DNA from: Eledone cirrhosa
Lineage: Eukaryota
Reading direction: 5' to 3'
NCBI GenBank assembly: GCA_964016885.1
Contig: OZ024741.1
Span: 291,648,001-291,712,000 of the forward strand
Length of the DNA: 64,000 bases
The position numbers and the translations under genes are program-made. Of the stretch, positions 17,596-52,310 are shown one piece after another; within the stretch, counting starts at the first letter, position 1, and each line of letters begins with the position of its first letter. The notes below the pieces were generated by a model. The model was not told the origin of the DNA. It made no database searches and saw only the letters and a program-made list of their open reading frames with translations.

Positions 17596-18039
17596 GTACA
17601 CAATTATTAATGCACTCGCGCAATGCCTGTGCGTGACGAATATCTTTAAAGTGAGGAAAGACTGTGCACTGAGCCAATCCCACTCTCTGAGCGACAGTAG
17701 CTATAACCCGAAAAGAAGAAAAGATCAACATCATCGGTAACTACTGAGCCGCAGGTTTTATGTCGGAGTTAACCCAGTTTCTTGAGATGCCTTCTCCTAG
17801 AAGAATGCCCTGACAAGGGCTAGGGGTTCTTCACTCCCAGTGGTTTAACTGCGCGATCGGGCATCCAGCCCGATTATTTCTGTCCCCGCGCGCAAAAAAA
17901 AACAACACAAAAAAATTCACTTATTGACACTTATACGTACGACATACACACACGCTCATACATATGCGCGCACACGCACGCATACATACGCGCGCACACA
18001 GCAACACTCATACATACAAACAAACACACACACGCTACT

Positions 18040-18076
<37 letters not shown>

Positions 18077-18679
18077 TACCGTCATTACTGATACAAGATT
18101 ACAAGATTATGTCAACTGTTGACTTTCAAGAGTTTGTATAGTTCAAGCCGATCGTATTACAGTCCAGTATTATTATAATTGCTTTACAGCATAGAGTTAT
18201 GGCTCTCCACGCTCTGAGCTTAAATGCCACCGAGGTCAACCTTGCCTTTCATCCTCACGGAGTCAACAAAAGAGAGTACCAGTGATGCGCTGGACCAGTC
18301 GCTGGATCCGTGCCAAAAGCAGAAAAATTATTATTAAAGTTGTTTTCTTAAGGCCCGGTCGCTGGTTATGGTGATGGCGGCGGTGGTGGCAGTGGTGCTG
18401 GTGGTGGAAGTTGATGTTGTTGTTGTGTTGTGTGCGTGTGTGTGTTTTGTTATTTTGAGTGTTTTTGTTTTTTGTTTAAATCTTTTGATGCCGCTGTTGT
18501 TGTTGTAAATGTTCATTTCAGTTCATTCTGAAGCTTTTGTTGCTGTAAACATTAGTGTCGGTGTTGTTGTTTTAGATGTTGGGGTTGAAATCTGGTCGTT
18601 TGACTGAGTGATGTATATACACACATATACATACATATATATATAGAGAAATCACATGAATCAAAGTTCAGTTTAAATC

Positions 18680-21600
18680 ATTTATTTGCTTACAATTGTT
18701 TCCTCCAAACCGAGGTTTGGATTCTTCGGAGCAACTATTTAGTGATTTTTCACATACTTGACCTCCTTATCAACACAAGAGACATACAAAAACATATGTA
18801 TATATTGACCCGCAGTGGGTTGACAACCATCATAATGATATATCATGGCAATTTACATACAAAGGTTACATTCATATTAAAGGACAAAATTAAAGTTAAA
18901 ATAAAAATAAAAATAAAGCATTGGCAGTTTATGAAGATAAAGCAAGAGGAAAGTTTGGAGTAGTCAATGTATGAAACAGTCTCACGTGTGGCATGCACGC
19001 GTGTCTTATTTATACAGGATTATAGTGCGGCAGATTGTTACATGTAAAAACAAGCAGTTAAAGCAGGCAATCAATAGCATCATGGGGGCTGTATTGTTAA
19101 AGCATTTTTCACACACACCTGTACGATATATAAGCCCGTTTGTAGAGAAACACCCAAAATATCAAAAATATTACAAATGAGAAGCAAAACAGCACCACTG
19201 TGCTCGCACCCACCACCATTCACATAATCCAGGAAACGCAATTCATAGACTACATGTCCATCACTCAATCTACGATGATTCAACATTGGGTGTCTGGTGA
19301 ATCATGATAAAAATCATATCTTGTCGTACCTTAATTTGATTCATAGATCAGGTTGTTTTTGTTGTGAGAGATGACATTGTATTATATTCCGGAAGTGTGT
19401 GTGTGTGACTAAGGGGAGTTAATGCGTAAGGGGAGATAATGCGTAAGGGGAGGTAACTAGCTGATTATCATAGTTAAATTTATTATCCTAAAGTACATTA
19501 ATGGTGTTTCAAATGAGTCCCTATCATATAAAGTTATAAACAATTTCTAAATTTAAGTATCTTATCTATAAATTACAGTGTAGTCTATTAAGAAGTACTA
19601 AAGGTGTTCATATCAGTATGATTACCTTCTATCATGGAGTGCCACAACCGAACATTCTACAGGAAGAGTTTGACCTCCAAATCAATGATCTTTGTAAGTG
19701 TAGTCCACCCGCAGAACCTGGCAGGGTCTTATTACTATATATGACTCCCGGTAAGCTCTGGGTCATTGTATGTCTGAATGCATGGCAAAGTTAAATATCA
19801 CCAGGGTGGTCCAGAGATCAATTATACAAAGACACTAATCTGGCCATCAAGCCATACATATACTCATAAATCATATATCACCTGTATATAATTCATTGTA
19901 CTCAGCATATAGAATATATAACCCTTTTAATAAATTCAATACTTAATCTTTTATCTATCCTATGGTGGCACTCCATGCACAGGACAATGTTAGCACAACC
20001 AATTCAGTGCGTACAGTTTACATTAATTATATATTAGTGCAATGTAGTCCAAGTAATCCAATATACCAAAAGTAGAAGTACATGGGGATATCTCTAGGGT
20101 AAAGGTACTATTAGGGCGCTACTATTTGCGTTAAAGTGGACCAATGGGTGTGGAGATGAGGTGTAAGGTGTGCACCTGATGCTAGTTGCTAGAGGTGTTG
20201 ACGGGTTCAAGTCTGACATTCTTATATTTTGGGTTTAAAGTTTTGGAAAGAGTGTCGGAAGCGGTGTTGGCAAGACGCGAACACTTTTGATTTTTTATTA
20301 AGGAGGTTATGGTTAGAGAAGATGATAGTATGGGTCTCTAGTAGACAGAGGTTACAGAATTTATTAGGTGGTTTGTACGATGTCGCATTACCTATCACTT
20401 CCCATTTAAGTGTATATGGTTTATTTTTAGTTTTTAGATAGTGTATGTAGCTAGATAGTGAAGTGGAGTTGGCTAGACTGTGTTTTTTGAAAGAGTGGAG
20501 GTGCGAATTGTATCTAGTGTTGAAGCAGTTAGAAGTCGAGCCTATATATGTTTCAGAAGAGTTGGTAGTTGTGACTGTGCATGAGTATATGATATCCTTG
20601 ATTAAGCATTTTTTTATTTAAAGGGCAGGTTCTATTTGATCTACAGTTACAATCATTCTGGGTGTTAGTCTGCCGGTTATTATGTTGTGTAGAAGTCTGG
20701 ATGGTAGCTATAGGGTTATGGTTATGTGGGTTGTCGTTCCCAGCGTTATTGTTTACACTAGTGCTATTACTATTATTTCTATTGATATTAGGGTTAGTTG
20801 ATATAACGTTATTTTGAAGGTTTATCGTCTGTAGTTATTTAGTTTGTTGGAAGTAAGAATTAATTTTTCTTTTATTGCTACTAGCTATGTGGGATGCTAT
20901 GTTAGGCGTAGTAGAGTAGGAGATTTTAATAGTGTTTTTGTTTAAAAGGCTATGGTACTTGTGGCCGGATGGGAAGTTTTTATCTAGTAGTGAGAAGAAA
21001 GCCCTAGGTAGGTTGGTAGAGACGTTTAGATTGAAAGGAGGGTTGAAAATGTATTATTTCTTCTTCTATTTTTGTTTTTTATGTGTGGTGAGTTGTTTCC
21101 TTTTATGGTACTATGGTAATTTCTGTGGTGTGGGTTACTTTTGTTGGTATCATCTCTATTAGTGTGTGTCCTATTACTAACTTTTCTCATGGACATGTGT
21201 GAAATAATGTTGTAGCTATGTGTTTTTGTAGGTAGGAACTCGATCTCTATATTATGGCCTGATCTAGCTAATGCTTGATTATAATATTGCGAGTTTTTGT
21301 TAAATATGTTTACGTCATAGGATAGATTAGAGATTCTATTAGATACTCCCCTAGAGATAGAGTTTAATATAGATCTAGGGTGGTTAGACTTGGTATCTAC
21401 GTAAATGAGTTATTCATTAGGTTTGTGGAAAGGTGCATATATCATAGAGTCTAGGTAGAGGGTGGCGTCCAGGAAGTTGACGTTTTTAGTGTTTTTGTCC
21501 ATGGTAATACTAAGGTTATAGTTTTTGAATGTCCTGTGCAATAGTTTTCTAGTTCTTTCTATATTGAATTTTTTATAATCTATAAGTAGAAGTGCATCAT

Positions 21601-22040
21601 CGCGGTACAAACCACCGTTGAGGTATGACAGGTCCTTATGGATTTCGTTAAGTAAATATAGGCCGACTAAATCAGTGACCTGCGCCGAGTCACTAGACCC
21701 CATGGTTATGTTTGAAGTTGTTTTGCGTATCTTTGCGGGTCCATAATTGGTCTTCAAAGGTGATTAGTGTTTTACGGGCCGCAAGTATGACATCAATCTG
21801 GGATCTAGTCAGGTCACTATTGTCCATGGCCATGATAAGTGCCTTATTTAATAGGATAGGGGAAATAGAGGTGTAGTAAGAATTGATATCAAATTGAATA
21901 AATTTTTTATCCTTGTTATCCTTGATATCTTTGAACCATTCAATCACTTCACCCGTACTTCCCCATTGTTTAAGGTATATCTTGTGTTTAATCTGTGGGA
22001 TGATTTTATCTAAAATGTTCTTACTTATATATATACACAT
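18680..22040 (-). mobile_element. Degenerate Penelope-like element (RT, thumb, GIY-YIG, 3' region with hammerhead motif)
   Basis: FIQFDINSYYTSI (21693-22040) and ITMGS...GLYRDD (21410-21757); GIY-YIG remnants CNCRSNRTCP...YIGSTS...CNLCLLE at ~20300-20650. The left boundary is inferred from the hammerhead motif. Confidence 0.8.
18686..18734 (-). ncRNA. Minimal type I hammerhead ribozyme motif (CCGA core variant)
   Basis: UUGCU CCGAAGA A UCCAAACC-UC-GGUUUGGA G GAAAC AAUU GUA AGCAA: stem I 5 bp, long stem II, palindromic stem III. Confidence 0.6.
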
Positions 22041-23139
22041 TCAACAGAGAGTAGATAGTTTGACAACAGGTCGATGACTTTAGTCTAGATAGCGTAATGA
22101 CATGTGATGGAGGGGGGGGTGTAGACGTTATTGTGGTGGTGGGGGACAGTGAGATGTATCTAGTTCAATTGTCCGTTGTCTTCTCTTTGCAAAATTTGAA
22201 TTTTAGCCATGTTATATTGAGATGTAAGTAAATGTAAAATGTAAAATATAAATAAGGATTGCTCTGCTAAAATATACTAAAATATTTGTGTAACTTCCAC
22301 AAACTTCTGCCGTGACATACCCGAGTCCAATGACCAACAAATTATTGTATTTTGATGTTTCAGAATACAAAAATTAATTAAAAACTTACTCCACGAAAAG
22401 ACAGCGTGTGTTGTCCTATCTATAAGCTCCCTCATACATACATACATACATACATACATACATACATAAATACATTAAAAAAAAAATTTGCATCTAATAA
22501 CTGCATATACACATGTACAGATACAAAGCATATACACATGCACACATACAACTCAAAACATACACATCCACACATACAATAACATCCATATCTACACATG
22601 CATGCATACATACATATCTACCTAGTTGATGTTGTGTAAATTCCAATGAGAGAATCTTGTGTCTATGTTAGAAACCGACTCTCTCTCTATTGGTAAAACT
22701 TTGTGAAATTATAAAACCAGAAGAATACACACATACAAACTGGCTGCATCTCTGCTAAGAGTATTGCTATCGCTTGTCAGATTACAGAAAATGGCATACT
22801 TTTAGGCTACGGCCAGGCACACAAACCTCTAACATAACCTGAACAAGCAATGCCTGTGCTTTGAAGGTTTTTTTAAGAGGGGAAAGGCCTTGCACTCGAC
22901 CAATCCCACTCTCTGAGCATCGAAAACACTACCCGAAAAGCAGAACTGGTCAACATAATGGGATGTTTCCGAAGCCGCAGGTTTTTTTCAGCGTTTCCCT
23001 CTCTTAGAAAGATGTTGTGACAACAAAAGGGGGAAAAAAAAAAGTACTATTTGGATGGCCGTTGGCTCTGTTGAGTTCCTCCGCCCTTTGCCGGGTCTTG
23101 TATTTCATCCCGCAGGGTGTCCAAATATCATCCTCCTCC

Positions 23140-23700
23140 GAATGAAGCATGGCTGGAATGAATATCAGTGCTGCGAAAACTGAGACATTCGTCCTCTCAA
23201 AGAAGTCGGCCCAGTACACTCTATATGATAATGGAGTGCCAAGGAAGCAGGTAGAGAAGTTCAAGTATCTCTAGTCTATGTTCACGAGTGATGGAAGGCT
23301 GAATTAAGTGCAAGAATTGCTGTACCAGCTTCAGCATTCGGTAATCAGTGGAAGGGAGGTAGGCGTAAAGCAAAACTCTCTATCTTTATTCGGTATTCGT
23401 ACCAACTCTCATCTAGAGTCATAAAACTTGTGTAATGACCGAAAGAATAAGATCGCGAATACAAGTGGTGAAATGGGGTTACTTGGAGTAACTCGATAAA
23501 GTACGTAGCTCAACGATCAGAGAGACACTCCAGGCAGGGCTTCTACCTCTCCAGATTGAGAGATCACAGCTATGATACAATGATCATGGGGTTAGAAAAT
23601 ATCTCCGGAAAGAATCACTGGAGAGATTTTACGAGCAAAACCAACCGGCAAGAGACCAGGGGTAGACCTCGAGCAAGATAATTGGTTAACATCTATGAGT
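23140..23700 (+). mobile_element. Degenerate RTE-type LINE RT fragment
   Basis: AGMNISAAKTE...QVEKFKYL...KPTGKRP read through stops and frameshifts; a related piece lies at ~59700-59880 on the - strand. Confidence 0.65.
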
Positions 23701-23811
23701 TTGGAGGATGAGGAGGAGGAGGACCGAGCTACGTTGCCTCAGCTAGAATGAAGTAAACTCGAAAACGTGACACCGATTGTTTAGCCTGTTTATTAGCCAT
23801 GTTAGGAAAAT

Positions 23812-24510
23812 TAATTGTTTCTACTATTGGCACAAGGCCAGAAATTACCCAGTACATTACTGGTACTTTATTTTATCGACCCCGTAAGGATGAAAGGCAA
23901 AGTTAACCTCGGCGGGATTTGAACTCAGAATGGCAAGGGCCATAACTCTATGCGTCAAAGCATGGCGTCCGACCCTCTACCGATACTGCCAATCCACCGT
24001 CTCACCGCCCTGATAATAATTGTTTCTACTTTAGGCACAAGGCCATTAATTATCCCAGTGTATTACTGGTACTTTATTTTATCGACCCCGTAAGGATGAA
24101 AGGCAAAGTTAACCTCGGCGGGATTTGAACTCAGACCATTTATAATAATGGTTTATTATATAGGCACAAGGTCAGAAATTTTGGGGAGGGAAAAGTCGAT
24201 GAAATTGAGCCCAGTGCGTGACTGGTACTTTATTTTATCGACCCCCGTAAGGATGAAAGGCAAAGTTAACCTCGGCGAGATTTGAACTCAGATCATAAAG
24301 GGCCGTAACTCTATGCGGCAAAGCATGGCGTCGGACCATTGCCAATCCACCGTCTCACCGCCCTTATAATAATGGTTTCTAATTTAGGCACATAACCAAC
24401 AACATTTTGTGGAAGGGAAAATCGATTAAATCTCGCCCAATTTTGACTGATACATCGTCTCATTGATCTTGACAAAATGAAACGCAAAGTTAACATCGGG
24501 GGAATTTCAG
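23812..24510 (-). mobile_element. Cluster of tRNA-derived SINE copies (abundant family)
   Basis: Reverse strand shows A-box TGGCAGTATCGG, B-box GAGTTCAAATCC and central GCCTTTCATCCTTACGGGGTCGATAAAATAAAGTACCAG. Other copies at ~8140-8330, 12895-13080, 18200-18330, 26200-26675, 31015-31195, 43490-43925, 51655-52090, 56580-57305 and 63030-63200. Confidence 0.88.
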
Positions 24511-24895
24511 AATTAATTTTCATTTTATCTCGTTGACGAGAAACTTATTTATAAGATCATTGATATATATTCCGATTTCTTATGCTAATACAGTGTAATT
24601 GTGCTCCAGGTGTGTTTTGGTTACATGAATTAATAATATATATAAATATATGTAAAAATATATATGTTAATGTGTATATAACCATATGGATGTACATTTA
24701 CATATACATATGTACGATGTAGGTATGTATGTGTGGGCATTCCTGTGTATGTGTATGGCCGAGAGTGCGCATTTGTGTGAGTGTATAGATAATGCTCTCA
24801 GACAATTTATTACTTTAAGAAATATTGAACAGATTGTATCTATTCATAGCTATATATACACATATATACAAACTTGTCTATGTGTATACACACAA

Positions 24896-25034
<139 letters not shown>

Positions 25035-25283
25035 TGTGTGTGTGTGTGTGTGTGTGTGTCTGTGTGTGTGTGTGTGTGTGTAAGTACAGAGCAACGTGAT
25101 TATAGATGTATATAATGAAAATATACATACACTCAAAAAGTATCATCTGTTGGGTCACACCATAATTCTTTGATTATATATACCATGGCATGGCGTCGAA
25201 ATCGTTGATAAAAATAAATAAATAATAACAATAATAATAATTGTTTCTGCTTTTGGCACAAGGCCAGCAATTATATCAGTGTA

Positions 25284-26197
25284 CTAGCAGTAAAGCCCGG
25301 CGTTGCTCGGGGTCGCTCAGTAGCTGTGTTAAAGTTACAATGTTAAGTTTCTTTCTTGGCTTAAAAACTGTAGTGTCTACTGTGCAGACTTGCATGTGGT
25401 GTTTTTGATTAATATTCCCTCAACCAACAATATGCCTTATGAAGTTAAGAAAACATAACGATAACCCGAATGTTATAACAAAAGAGGATGCTGGGGATAG
25501 AAACTGCACTGGTTATTTATTAACAAAGATCGAAAATGTAAACACTGCAACGCAGAGAAAAACATTAGCGTAACCAAATTATCAGTTATGTCTGTCTGCA
25601 CGCCTATATCACCTCTCTGCACGACTGTCTGTCTGCACGCCTATATCACCTCTCTGCACGACTGTCTGTCTGCACGCCTATATCACCTCTCTGCACGACT
25701 GTCTGTCTGCACGCGTATATCACCTCTCTGCACGACTGTCTGTCTGCACGACTGTCTGTCTGCACGCCTAACGATGAAATATTTGCTTGTTTTACGTAGT
25801 CTTTAAATAGACTTGTTTTCAAGTAAAAATATTGTTTTAAAATGCTTTTAAATGGAAATGAAGCAAAACGGAAGGTTAGTGTTCGAACTGATGAATTTTG
25901 CAGGTCAATATTTTGCTGGCTCGACAACTGTTAAAGCCAGCGTAATTTTTTACGTAAGACGCTCAATGTAAACAGAACAAAGGGAAATAACTGATAACTT
26001 ACGCTCAAAAATCGATACATTATATTCGATTTCGTCACATAGGGTGGGTCAATTTGAAATTTTTTTCTTCCGATGTCTTCGCTAGGGCTCAATGTACAAG
26101 TATAGCAATTTCGGTGCAATTCCGTGAGAGATTCTAAGAGGAGATGTGTGCCAAAAATCGATAGACAGACAGACAACCACAGTTTTATATATATAGA
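25284..26197 (-). mobile_element. Non-autonomous Helitron (914 bp) inserted into a SINE
   Basis: On the - strand it starts TC and ends CTAG, with a subterminal hairpin cccg-gcgttgct-cggg (25296-25311). It sits between A and T of the SINE (cagtgta|ttactgg restored on removal) with no TSD. Confidence 0.85.
25589..25770. repeat. 37-bp tandem repeat inside the Helitron
   Basis: Unit tgtctgtctgcacgcctatatcacctctctgcacgac, 4 full copies plus partial copies. Confidence 0.92.
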
Positions 26198-26689
26198 TTA
26201 CTGGTACTTTATTTTTCGACCCCGTAAGGATGAAAGGCAAAGTTAACCTCGACGGGATTTGAACTCAGACAGTAAAGGGACGTAACTATGCTAGAAAGCA
26301 TGGCGTCCAACCCTCTACCGATAGGCCAGCAATTTGGGGAGAGCGGAAAGATGATTAAATCGACCCCAGTGAATTATTGGTGTTTTATCTATCGAACCTG
26401 TAAGGATGAAAGGCAAAGCTAACCGCGGCGAGATTTGAACTCAGAACGTACAGAACAATAACCCAACGCGACACAGGCTGTTGTCCGACGCTCTACCGAT
26501 TAATAATAATAATAATGATGATGATGATGATGATAATTTTCTAATTTTTGCCACGATTATCCCAGTGCATTAAGAATGCTTTATTTTATCAACCCCGTAA
26601 GGATGAAAGTCATAGTTAACCTCGGCGAATTTGAACTCAGAACGTAAAGAGCCATAACTCCATGTTGTAAAGCATGATCATGATAATAA

Positions 26690-26860
26690 TGTGGCAATTA
26701 AAATCCAAAACCACCATGTTGTGGGTGCCCTGGGAATGATAAAATAAAAGCTACCGACAAATTCGTAGACCAAATCCCAGGGAAAATAACAATCTACGAG
26801 GTCAAAAAATTGTGCTGACATCATTCACTCACCTTCTCAGGAGGCTTCTTTCTATCTTAT
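26690..26860 (+). mobile_element. Short 3' remnant of an RLE-type non-LTR element
   Basis: VVGALGMIK...DQIPGKITIYEV.KIVLTSFTHLLRRLLS read across frameshifts. Confidence 0.5.
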
Positions 26861-28135
26861 ACGTGCCTTAGTTGTCAGGGTGAGAGGCGGCGGAAGATAA
26901 AATAATATGGAAACCAAACGAGAAATAATAATAAAACAACAATAAGGATGACAGTGTTGATAGATTTAAGTGGATGCGACAGAATGCGAAACATTTATGA
27001 GGCAAACCCCTGTCGTATATTTGAGATATGAAATAGGCGTGTTACTTTTAGGCTTCGAATTCCAAAGTAATATATATATATATATATACTTGAGTATTTT
27101 CATAAATGTCAGAACGAAAACTGATTGCTGTATTTTATTCAACTGATAAATAAATCTCAGTTAATATAACTGAAACCTTTTCCACTTTTTAAAAATTAAA
27201 GTATTGACATGTGGTTTAAAACTACACCCTAGAACATAAGATAAATACATTTTAAAACTTGAGAGACATATATAACAGCAATAACGGTACAAAGAATTTT
27301 GTTGGGGCTGTGATTGGATTAAACCGATAACCACTGTTCATTAAGGGTATTGGTTTTATTTTTACTTTAATAAGCCCAATGTGAAAATAAATGGTTAGAA
27401 CTCAATATGGTACAACGTTTATTTCTGTCGTAACTTGTAGATTTCAGTCCTAAAATGTGAGTGAAACTATACATGCAGTGGCCGATGTTTCAACCTGGAT
27501 TCCTACAACCAGGGTGAACGGAGCATGCCTGAATTATTAAGACGTTCACTTCACAATCATGAAGATTCAGATTCTGTCACACCATGACGCATCTTGGGTA
27601 AATGTCTTTTACCATGGCTTCAGATCTAGTCAAGACTTGTCAGAGAAACCTGCTGGATGGACTATATTTGTAATTCACTGATCCAGTTTTGTCATAAGGT
27701 CACGTTGAATTCTCTGTAGTATTGCGTTAAGGGTATACTTTTCTGCGAAAACTCCATATTGTATTCGTACATTTAACGTGTTGACTTTTTTTTTACCGAA
27801 AAATTGAAGCATTCATTTTGAAGCCGATAAATGTCCACTTAGCAAATATAATTTGGTTAGTCATGGTTATATATGTTATTTACAGTTAATTTCTTATATT
27901 AATTTTTGTACATATAATATATAGGATAAAAGACTTTTGCATGAATTGTATGACTAAGACTTGTACATGGTTAAATATTCTTTTAAAGGCTTTCTACTAC
28001 AAATAGTCGTTGCAAACAAAAGCTATCGACAATTTTAAAGTATGAATAGAATATCTATAAACTTTACCTGCTGAAATTGTAATATTTAATACAACTGTTT
28101 AAATGTATCAATTATTATTATGCAACAGATAATAC

Positions 28136-28143
28136 TATATAAA
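28136..28143 (+). promoter_or_regulatory. Candidate TATA box of gene B
   Basis: TATATAAA about 30 nt upstream of an Inr-like TTAGTT (~28168) and about 100 nt upstream of the signal-peptide ATG. The AT-rich background limits confidence. Confidence 0.45.
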
Positions 28144-28241
28144 CCGAGTAAACTCATAACTATTGATTTAGTTGTAGTGTGAGGACTGTTAAAAAGACCT
28201 ACGAATAAACGGAACGTCAGATTTTTTACTCGGTTGAAAAT

Positions 28242-36877
<8,636 letters not shown>

Positions 36878-36952
36878 ACTCAGTTATCAACAATAAACTC
36901 AATGCGTGTTTTATTGGATATTTGTAACACATTGAGATGCCATAACGTCTCG

Positions 36953-37047
<95 letters not shown>

Positions 37048-37070
37048 GTGTTTATGAGAAAGAAAGGGAA

Positions 37071-37150
<80 letters not shown>

Positions 37151-37539
37151 TGTGTGTGTGTGTGTGTGCGTGTGTGTGTTTATGAGAAAGAAAGGGAAAG
37201 ACAGAAAGAGAGAGAGAGAGAGAGAGAAAACGACAGAGAGAAAGAGAGAGAGAGAGAGCACGCGCACGTTTGTGTGAGTGCGTACTATGTGTGTTTGTGC
37301 GTGTTATTACGTTTTATCTAAATGTGCCAATATTAAATGCTTGCATGTAGTTGTGCGCTGTATTCCTCCAGAACACTCAATTAGAAAAACGTTGGGATGT
37401 CTTGCAAATCTTCACAGGATTTTGTTGGATATAGGTTAGCTTGGCTTGATAAATCCTGAATAATGATATAGATTTTTCAATTGGTTGTTTTTTTAAAAAT
37501 TATTTCCTAACATTATGCTGACTATTTTCGTTCACTGAT

Positions 37540-38060
37540 TGACGATTCTGCAGAGACAGCAACGTTTTAATTCGTCACAACTGAATTCTTTACGAACAAC
37601 CTCTTTCGTGACTGATTAATCTTATGCGCACCCGACATGGCTTTTCACAACACCTTCAGTAGAGCAATCCTGAGGCAGTAGTATGTGCCGCGGTGGAGAA
37701 TTTCCGTTTTTGTCTTGCTTCAACAGCATGCTGGATGCGCGAATCTTTAAATGCTTTGACTACTCTATTTACAGCTGATCTCCTATTGTCGTGGTCCTTT
37801 GCTGACTCTTCTCATTTCCCTTTATCAACACAGAACTTTTTCAGTGTAATTTCGCATTGGCGTTTGAAGCATATCTTCGGATGCCATATGCTCCATCATC
37901 TATCAGCTAATTTTCCATGTAGCATTTGCTAGTGGATTCTGGATTATTCTATTTGTGAGATATGACCAAGCCATCTCAGTCATCTGGATCAAAGAATATG
38001 GTAGAGAGTTGGAACATTTGCTATACAGAGCACTACTGTGCGAAGGATTTTATATTGCGC
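37540..38060 (-). mobile_element. Degenerate RTE-type LINE C-terminal fragment
   Basis: Reverse strand gives LRWLGHISQ and the downstream ...AFKDSRIQHAVEARQKRK typical of RTE ORF ends; many stops. Confidence 0.5.
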
Positions 38061-39525
38061 GCAGTCCCTGGTAGTGTTACGAAAGTGAGGATTAAGAGGA
38101 AAGGAAGCTTTATGTGAGGTGAGAGGAGTGCGCTATAGGGAGCTGGAAGGAAGAAATAGTTGGAACAAAACTTTAGATAAAACTTATTAAAACGGTAAAC
38201 GTTTTGTGTTTTATTGTTCGTTTTTGTGAGGATAGGAATGTAGATAGGTGTGTGTGGGAGTTAGGGTTAGGATAAAAGCAATTGAAAAGAATTAAACAGA
38301 TTACAGGTTGGAATTATAATTGGGATTAGTATATTTACCTTGAGTGGGTACGCAGCTACTGTCTATGAGACATACTGCAAGGTTAGTATGAGTTAGTTGG
38401 TGGTTAGCGGTTTACACTTTCAGATGTAAAATTCCTTCATTAGACACTTCTTTTTGCAAACCCTTTACCCGTCGGAATAAGTTTACACGTGTTTCCAAGT
38501 GTCCAGATCAATTCGACGGTTTAGGGTTGGTTTTCTCTACCTAATGAAATGTGCATCCGTTATTCAGAGGCTTATCGCGTCTGTTAATTTGGGCAACTTG
38601 CCACCTGAAAATTCGCTACATCTGGAAAATTGAGGTTTTATAAAATCGATCGGCAAACCTGGAGTTGAAGTTAATCTTAATACACGCACCCACACAATCC
38701 CAAACTCAGACACATTTGCTTTTAACGGAGTTCACACAGTAGCAAGCATTCATATCATGTCTCCGCTTTGCAGATACTTTCTCCCTCAGACATCATAGAC
38801 CTTACTTTGAAAAATAAAAAAATAAAGTGTCATAGACGATACAGATTTCGAAGGAATAAATGAATAGTAACAGGTAGATAAGAAGACCTAAGAATTCTTG
38901 TAATTATTTCTTATACATTGGAGATGACATGTGTTTCAGGCTATTAATCTTCTCTGGGTCTGGACTGACACTGTTTACATTATATATCATACAGAATAAA
39001 TAATTATTTTCAGATCAGAAGCTAGATTGTGTTGAGATGCAGACAAAGCCATTTCGTTGGATATTTGTATGAGCTTGACTGCAACATTTTCGTGTTATTG
39101 TTTTATTGTGGCACCGACCACAACACTAACAGAAATAGCAACATAATCAAATATAAATAGCATGTTCTAAAAGTCATAGTTTAATGACATCAATTCTGAA
39201 AGTACATGTAGGTGGAATGCATTCAAAAAAACACATTAGTGCATGTGAAATTGAACTTGTGTTTGCCGTAGAGAGGTGAATAGCGTTGAAATAATGAATA
39301 CACGGTTTCTTTTATTGCGGAAAGTGCCATAATCGCGCGACTTCAATAACAACAAGTAAATTAACATGAAATAAACATGAAATAAACATGAAAGAGGAAA
39401 AAGGAAAAGAGGAAAGGTCAACCTAAACAAAGGCATATCCCAAGTATCGATCAATCTAAATAGCTGGGCTCATTTAAAACCGCTAACGAAAGAAGACTTC
39501 AATTCATTTCGAAAATTACGTCAAA

Positions 39526-51423
<11,898 letters not shown>

Positions 51424-52310
51424 CTAAATAAATTCCGGTGATATTCATCAAGATAAAAACATGTATTTTGTCTAATATATTCAACTTAAAATTCTTAATT
51501 AAGAAAAAAAAAATAAATAACCCATATGTATTTGTGTATATGTCGCACCGTTTATAAAGACGTACCTCTACTTTACGTAAAACATTTAAAATGTAGTATA
51601 TATATGCTGAATTTCTTATCCAGTAAATATGTCGCATGATGGGTAAATAATCATTTCAACTATAGGCACAAGGCCTGCAATTTGAGGGGAGGGGAAAGTC
51701 GATTAAACCGACTCCAGTGTGTTATTGGTACTTTATTTTATTGACCTTGTAAGGATGAAAGACAAAGTTAACCTCGGCGGGATTTGAACTCAGAACGTAA
51801 AGGGCCATACATTCTGAGTTCAAATCCCGCCGGGGTTGACTTTGCCTTTCATCCTTCCGATGAGAAAATAATGGTTTCTGATATAGGCACAAGGCCAGCA
51901 ATTTTGGAGGAGGGGAAACGTCGATTAAATCGACCCCAGTGCATTACTGGTCCTTTATTTTATCGACCCGGTAATGATGAAAGCAAAGTTAACATCGGCG
52001 CGATTTAAAATCAGACAATAAAGGACCGTAAGTCTACGCTGCGAAGCATGGTGTGCGACTCTCTACCGATACTGCCAATCCACCGCCCTTACGAAGAGGA
52101 AATAATGTAATATGTATTTATATTAACTGTTATCCACGGATGTCAAAAATCAAAGCCACAGCTCATAGCAACAATACGAGGCAAGTGGTTCACCTCAACT
52201 GACGCCGCTCCCTTTAATATAATATAGAAATACACCGAAATGACAAAGCAAACGACACAGCACAATGAATACATATATTATTAGTTTTACGCTTGATATA
52301 CTAGGAAGAG

